47,517 nucleotides of DNA, taken from positions 1 through 47,517 of the IMG/VR virus record IMGVR_UViG_3300031976_000848, one strand, 5' to 3'. The stretch comes from a virus (taxonomy: Duplodnaviria > Caudoviricetes). Both the position numbers and the translations under genes were made by a program. The stretch's first letter is position 1; every line of letters starts with the position of its first letter. Under the pieces are notes generated by a model. That model worked only from the letters and a program-made list of their open reading frames with translations, had not been told where the DNA came from and did not search any database. Positions 42,931 through 47,517 of this stretch are shown here, one piece after another.

Positions 42931-43313
42931 CCAGATGGATAGCAGCCGCCCTAGCGGCGCTTTTGCTGGCGGGGTGTGGGGGTGACGAGGAGCCGGAGGT
43001 TAGCAGCAAGCAAGAGCCCGAAACGGCCACTCAAATTGATGCCGACCAAGTTTTAGGCAAGTGGAATACTGACCGGGACTTTGAATCAACCATTGTTATT
43101 TATGAAGATGGTGATGATCTTCGAATGCTTGAGAGCTTTGATGATGGAAGCGATCTTGATTCACTGCTTTACGAAAGCGTTGAGAACGGAGAGACACGTT
43201 ACGCCGCAGATTATGGGCGCGATCTAGGCGAGTACTATGTCATTGGTGAAGATGGTCGGCTTCAAATGTGGAGCGATAACGGCAACTACTACACCGCGCC
43301 GATAGACGATTAA
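42927..43313 (+). CDS. Acidic lipoprotein, candidate superinfection exclusion protein
   Basis: Lipobox LLAG-C; co-transcribed with the repressor; own terminator. Confidence 0.75.
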   Translation: MTRWIAAALAALLLAGCGGDEEPEVSSKQEPETATQIDADQVLGKWNTDRDFESTIVIYEDGDDLRMLESFDDGSDLDSLLYESVENGETRYAADYGRDLGEYYVIGEDGRLQMWSDNGNYYTAPIDD

Positions 43314-43334
43314 CCCAACCTTAAGAATTCCCAG

Positions 43335-43357
43335 AGGCCGCTAATGCGGCCTTTTTT
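43335..43357 (+). terminator. Rho-independent terminator
   Basis: AGGCCGC/GCGGCCT plus T-run. Confidence 0.75.
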
Positions 43358-43400
43358 GTGCCCGCCATTTGAGCGGGCTTTCTTGTTTCTGGAGCCCGCC

Positions 43401-46400
43401 ATGGAAAGTCGTTTAGAGTTGGTCGTATCGAGTCAAGCGGCGCAGCAGCATATTAGCCGCCTTCAACGCGAGCTTGAGCGCCTGGATGGTCGAGGCTCTG
43501 CTGCCACTGCAATGATGGGCAAGTTCAACCTAGCCCTTGGCGCTATTTCCGCCGCCGCTGGCGGGCTTGGCTTTTCCCGCATTATCCGCGAAACAGCCAG
43601 CTTTGAAGATGCGATGCTTGGCCTGCAGGCGGTCAGCGGTGCAACCACTAGGCAGATGGCAGACCTAGAAAAGCAAGCGCGCACCCTTGGGGCGACTAGC
43701 ATGTTCTCTGCCGAGCAGGCGGGGAATGCTCAGCGCTATCTCGCTCAAGCAGGCTTTGAAGTCAACGAAGTGCTTAGCGCTACGCCTGGGATACTAAAGC
43801 TCGCAACAGCTGGACAGTTAGACTTGGCTACTGCGGCGGACATAGCGAGTAATGTGCTGGGCGGCCTGGGGCTGGAGGTTTCAGAGCTTAACCGTGTCAA
43901 TGATGTCTTGGCGGCAACAGCAGCGGGCGCAAACACTAACATCCAGCAGCTGGGCGAAGCCCTAAGCTATGCTGCGCCGTTCGCCTCAAAAGCAGGCTTG
44001 TCGCTCGAAGAGACAGCCGCCGCAATCGGCGCAATGAGCGACGCGGGCATCCAGTCCAGTCGCGCTGGTACCGGCCTGGTGGGGATTCTCGCTCAGTTAG
44101 CAGACGCGACACCAAAGGCTCAATCCGCAATTGAGGGTGCAGGGCTGTCAATGGAACAGCTCGATATTAATAGTCGCGGGCTGCAGCCTGTGCTTGATGA
44201 CTTGAGAGGAGCCAACTTAGGTTTGGGCGAAGCTCTCCAGATATTTGGGCGCGAAGCAGGTGCAGCGGCGCTTAACGTTATCAACGCATCGGAGGGTGTT
44301 GCAGGGTTTACCGAAGAGCTTCGTAATGCCGAAGGCGCTGCCGAAGAAATGTCCCTTATTATTGGAGGCGGCCTCACCGGTTCCATGAAGGGCTTCGCGT
44401 CAATGCTCAGCGAGACAATAATCGGGCTTGGTCGCGATGATGGTCTAGCGGCTGGGTTCCAGTCCGTCACCGACACCGTTACCGGTATGCTTGCTGTTTA
44501 CAATGGAATGCTGCCCGCCTTCGCCGAGGCCAATAACCTTACCGAAACACAAACAGACCGAATTGAAACCCTAGCTAAAGGCGTCGACCTGCTAAGCGAT
44601 GCCGCCATCATCGCCGCTGGCATTTACACAGGTCGATTTGTTGCTGGCATGGCGGCGGGCACGCTATCTCTCGCCAATAAAACCAAGGCCAGCATTGCCG
44701 ATGCGAGTGCAACCAACGCGGCCACGGCGGCAGAGATCGCATTTCTCAGGTCGGTTCAGGGTTCGCTCTCTGCCCAGCTAGCCAGCTCTCGCTCTGCTAT
44801 GCAGCGCGCTTCCTTACGCAAACAGCTTGCGGCCAATACCGCTGCCCTGACGGCGGCAAACAACACCTACACCGCTTCACTCGGCAGAAGCACTGTAGCG
44901 GCTCGCGCTATGGGCACAGCCACGCGCGGGTTGAATACCGCCCTATCGCTAGTAGGCGGCCCCCTTGGCCTCCTAGTAGGCGCTGGCGGCCTGATGTACA
45001 TGTTCCGTGAAGAACTGGGGCTGGTTGACGTCGCCGCGCAGAACGCCACCGCAGCGCTTAATGAAAACAGCAATGCGATTCGAGGAGGCACCGCTGCCGC
45101 CTTAGACGCCTCCTATGACAATCTCGTTAATTCGCTAGAGGCAGTTTCGCTTCAAGCCCAGGAGGCTATGGCTCAACTCACTGAATTAACTGCTAGGCAA
45201 TCGTTCTACGAAAACTCACACCAAGGCATGGCAGATAGTGTGGCTGGAGCCATAGGTGAGCAGGAGCAAGCGCTAGCCGGATTATGGGCAAGGCAGGTCG
45301 AGTTACAGGCGGCAATTAAAGCAAACCGCGAGGAGCGAGAGAGATCCACTTCCGCCGACAATCGAAGCGCGTTAGTGCTGAAGACTCTCGACGAGTGGTT
45401 GTTTAAGACCACTAAAAGCACCGACGACCTGAGTAGCAGCACCGATAAAGCTGCCGACAAAACCTACACCCTAGCCGACGCCTACGAATCCCTGCTCGAC
45501 CGCATCACGCCGAACCGCCGCGAGGCGCGACAGTATGCGCAAGACTTAGGCGTTCTCAATCTAGCCCTAGCCTCTGGCCGCATGACCACCACGCAGTACA
45601 TGCAGGCCATGGGGATGCTGCAAGAGTCGTTTCAGGCAGCGCAGCGGGATACCTCGGACTTGGCTGATAACGTCGACACCGAGTCTGAGCGCATGGCTAC
45701 GCTATGGGAACGCCGCCTTGAGCGCATGGATGACGCGGGCGTGGATATGTGGCGCTCGTTCCTCGATGGCTCGGAAGATGCCTTTGGCTCGTTCCGTCGT
45801 TTGGCGCTGGATACGCTGGCTGAGGTTATTCATGCCTACACCACTCAGCGCATTACGGCCTCTCTCGGCCTGAATGTGGCTGGAAGTGGCGGCGCTAGTG
45901 CGGGTGGATTCAATGGCATTGGCAGCCTGGTTAATAGCGGCAAGTCGCTGCTTGGCTTTGGTAGCACTGCTGCAGCCCCCTCGTTGGCCATGCAAGGCGG
46001 TTTATCGTCCGCTGCCCTGGCGAGTGCCAGCCAAGTGGCTACTGGCGCAACTTATAGCGGCGCACTGGGCAGTGCTGCCTCGGGCGCTGCGCTTGGCAAT
46101 TCTGCTGGCTTAATGAGCAGCATCACATCCGGCATCAGCGCTGCCATGCCTTGGCTGGCAGGTGGCTTTGCCATTGATAACATTCTCGGCCTTGGTATCA
46201 CTGACGGGATCACGAAAGCGCTTAGCGGCCTGTTTGGCTCTGATCGCAAATCATACGGCCAGCTAGGCTCTCAGATCGGAGGCGACCGCAATGCAGGGGA
46301 TGGCGTTTATCGCTATGACCGCAATGATCGGAGCATGGGCTGGGCTCAGCAAACCGCGCTCGGCACTATCGGCGTCACGAAAAAGCAGAAAACTGACGAC

Positions 46401-47517
46401 GATGCGCTGATTGAAATGGTCGATGGGCTTGCACAGTTTGACAACACGCTCGCGTCAGTGATGACTGCGGCGCAGCTTGAGCAGACGCGCACCGCGCTAG
46501 ACGGCTGGAAATCTAGCCGTACAGAAGACATCGGCGGTCTAGTTGATGAGCGTCTATCTGCTGTTCTGAATGCAACAAATAGCGTGTTTAAAGATGCGCT
46601 CAGCCAGTTCGAGGGCGAAGCGCTGGTCCAGGGTCTTGTCGGTGGCTTGCGGGTAGAGAACATCGGTGCGCAGATGGCGTCTGCTGTCGCGGCTGATATG
46701 AACGCCGAGTTCCGGTCTGCTCTGGCCAGTGGTTCTGACATTCAGGCCGCGACGCAATCGATTCTATCGAGCGCCCAGGCAGTGCAAATCCTGGGCGGCG
46801 CTGTTGATCGGCTCAATCTACAGTTCGACTCGTCAGCGACAGGCGCGCTGGGCGACGCAGGGGCTATCGAAAATTATGTTGGAGGATTAGAAAACCTAAC
46901 ATCTCTCCAGTCATCGTATTTTAATAAATATTTTAGCGAGTTAGAGCGAACCGAAACTGCCATTAGCGACCTGACGGCAGGTTTTGCGGCGCTCGGCACA
47001 CGGCTGCCAAAAGATGAGGAAAATCTGCGCGCACTGATCGAAGCGCAGGAGCTCAACACCGCCGCTGGGCAGTACAACTATGCGCAGCTACTGCAGTTGA
47101 GTGGCGCGTATAAACAGCTCAATGACTCGATGGAATCCCAGATTAGCGCGGTGTATCAGTCGTCGCTCGGACGCGAGGCCGAGGCCGAAGGGATTGATTA
47201 CTGGATGGATCTCGTCACCGCCGGGGCGATGACGTTAGAGCAAGCGCTCGATGGCATTCGCAACAGTGCTGAGGCCGCAGCGCTGGCAGCTAACGGCGGC
47301 GCGACGGCTGTGCAGGATATGTCGGACGCGATACGCACCCGTGAGCAGCTAGAGCGGCAATGGCTAACATTGCAGGGAGACACCGAGGCATTGCGCGAGC
47401 GGGAGCTACAGCAGTTGCGCGAGGTGGCCGGGGCCGAAGAGTACGGGCTGGAGGCGCTGCAAAACCGGATCTGGGCGTTAGAGGATTCCACCGCGCGTCT
47501 AGCGGATTATGAGCGCA
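43401..47517 (+). CDS. Tail tape measure protein (TP901-type core), truncated by window end
   Basis: GGAG SD; FEDAM..LQAVSGAT..QM..LE.QAR.LGATSMFSA.QA...YLAQAGF; frame consistent at both ends, and no stop-terminated ORF in this frame appears in the track. Confidence 0.93.
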   Translation, partial: MESRLELVVSSQAAQQHISRLQRELERLDGRGSAATAMMGKFNLALGAISAAAGGLGFSRIIRETASFEDAMLGLQAVSGATTRQMADLEKQARTLGATSMFSAEQAGNAQRYLAQAGFEVNEVLSATPGILKLATAGQLDLATAADIASNVLGGLGLEVSELNRVNDVLAATAAGANTNIQQLGEALSYAAPFASKAGLSLEETAAAIGAMSDAGIQSSRAGTGLVGILAQLADATPKAQSAIEGAGLSMEQLDINSRGLQPVLDDLRGANLGLGEALQIFGREAGAAALNVINASEGVAGFTEELRNAEGAAEEMSLIIGGGLTGSMKGFASMLSETIIGLGRDDGLAAGFQSVTDTVTGMLAVYNGMLPAFAEANNLTETQTDRIETLAKGVDLLSDAAIIAAGIYTGRFVAGMAAGTLSLANKTKASIADASATNAATAAEIAFLRSVQGSLSAQLASSRSAMQRASLRKQLAANTAALTAANNTYTASLGRSTVAARAMGTATRGLNTALSLVGGPLGLLVGAGGLMYMFREELGLVDVAAQNATAALNENSNAIRGGTAAALDASYDNLVNSLEAVSLQAQEAMAQLTELTARQSFYENSHQGMADSVAGAIGEQEQALAGLWARQVELQAAIKANREERERSTSADNRSALVLKTLDEWLFKTTKSTDDLSSSTDKAADKTYTLADAYESLLDRITPNRREARQYAQDLGVLNLALASGRMTTTQYMQAMGMLQESFQAAQRDTSDLADNVDTESERMATLWERRLERMDDAGVDMWRSFLDGSEDAFGSFRRLALDTLAEVIHAYTTQRITASLGLNVAGSGGASAGGFNGIGSLVNSGKSLLGFGSTAAAPSLAMQGGLSSAALASASQVATGATYSGALGSAASGAALGNSAGLMSSITSGISAAMPWLAGGFAIDNILGLGITDGITKALSGLFGSDRKSYGQLGSQIGGDRNAGDGVYRYDRNDRSMGWAQQTALGTIGVTKKQKTDDDALIEMVDGLAQFDNTLASVMTAAQLEQTRTALDGWKSSRTEDIGGLVDERLSAVLNATNSVFKDALSQFEGEALVQGLVGGLRVENIGAQMASAVAADMNAEFRSALASGSDIQAATQSILSSAQAVQILGGAVDRLNLQFDSSATGALGDAGAIENYVGGLENLTSLQSSYFNKYFSELERTETAISDLTAGFAALGTRLPKDEENLRALIEAQELNTAAGQYNYAQLLQLSGAYKQLNDSMESQISAVYQSSLGREAEAEGIDYWMDLVTAGAMTLEQALDGIRNSAEAAALAANGGATAVQDMSDAIRTREQLERQWLTLQGDTEALRERELQQLREVAGAEEYGLEALQNRIWALEDSTARLADYER

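Noticed and set aside
43463-47491. Many minus-strand ORFs in the track
   Set aside because: Antisense shadows of the Ala-rich tape measure gene

Overview
The window holds most of a temperate lambdoid/siphovirus-like prophage integrated at the 3' end of a tRNA-Leu(TAG) gene. The host is a gammaproteobacterium, plausibly Halomonadaceae (inference only). Gene order: att/int/xis; leftward early operon (RdgC, YqaJ exonuclease, RecT, many small ORFs); HigBA-like TA pair; cI/cro switch with 15-bp operators; O/P replication; nin-like region with a PAPS-reductase-family gene; Q-like regulator; lysis; packaging, head and tail genes; a 6-kb antirepressor/moron island; and a tape measure gene that runs off the end. 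Most striking observations: (1) the major capsid protein ends in an alternating-Ser tail and is followed directly by a KpsS/KpsC-like glycosyltransferase and a SAM methyltransferase, a candidate virion glycosylation system. (2) A non-coding array of palindromes lies right after the rha gene; its units look like alternative versions of the palindromic variable segments inside Rha/Bro-N/KilA-N coding regions, and one is in exact register with the hairpin inside the adjacent rha. (3) A moron protein starts with a 15-residue copy of the tail-tube N-terminus with synonymously recoded DNA. (4) An unannotated tisB/istR-like type I TA locus. (5) Four sar-like antisense RNA modules. All family assignments come from motif recognition, not database searches.
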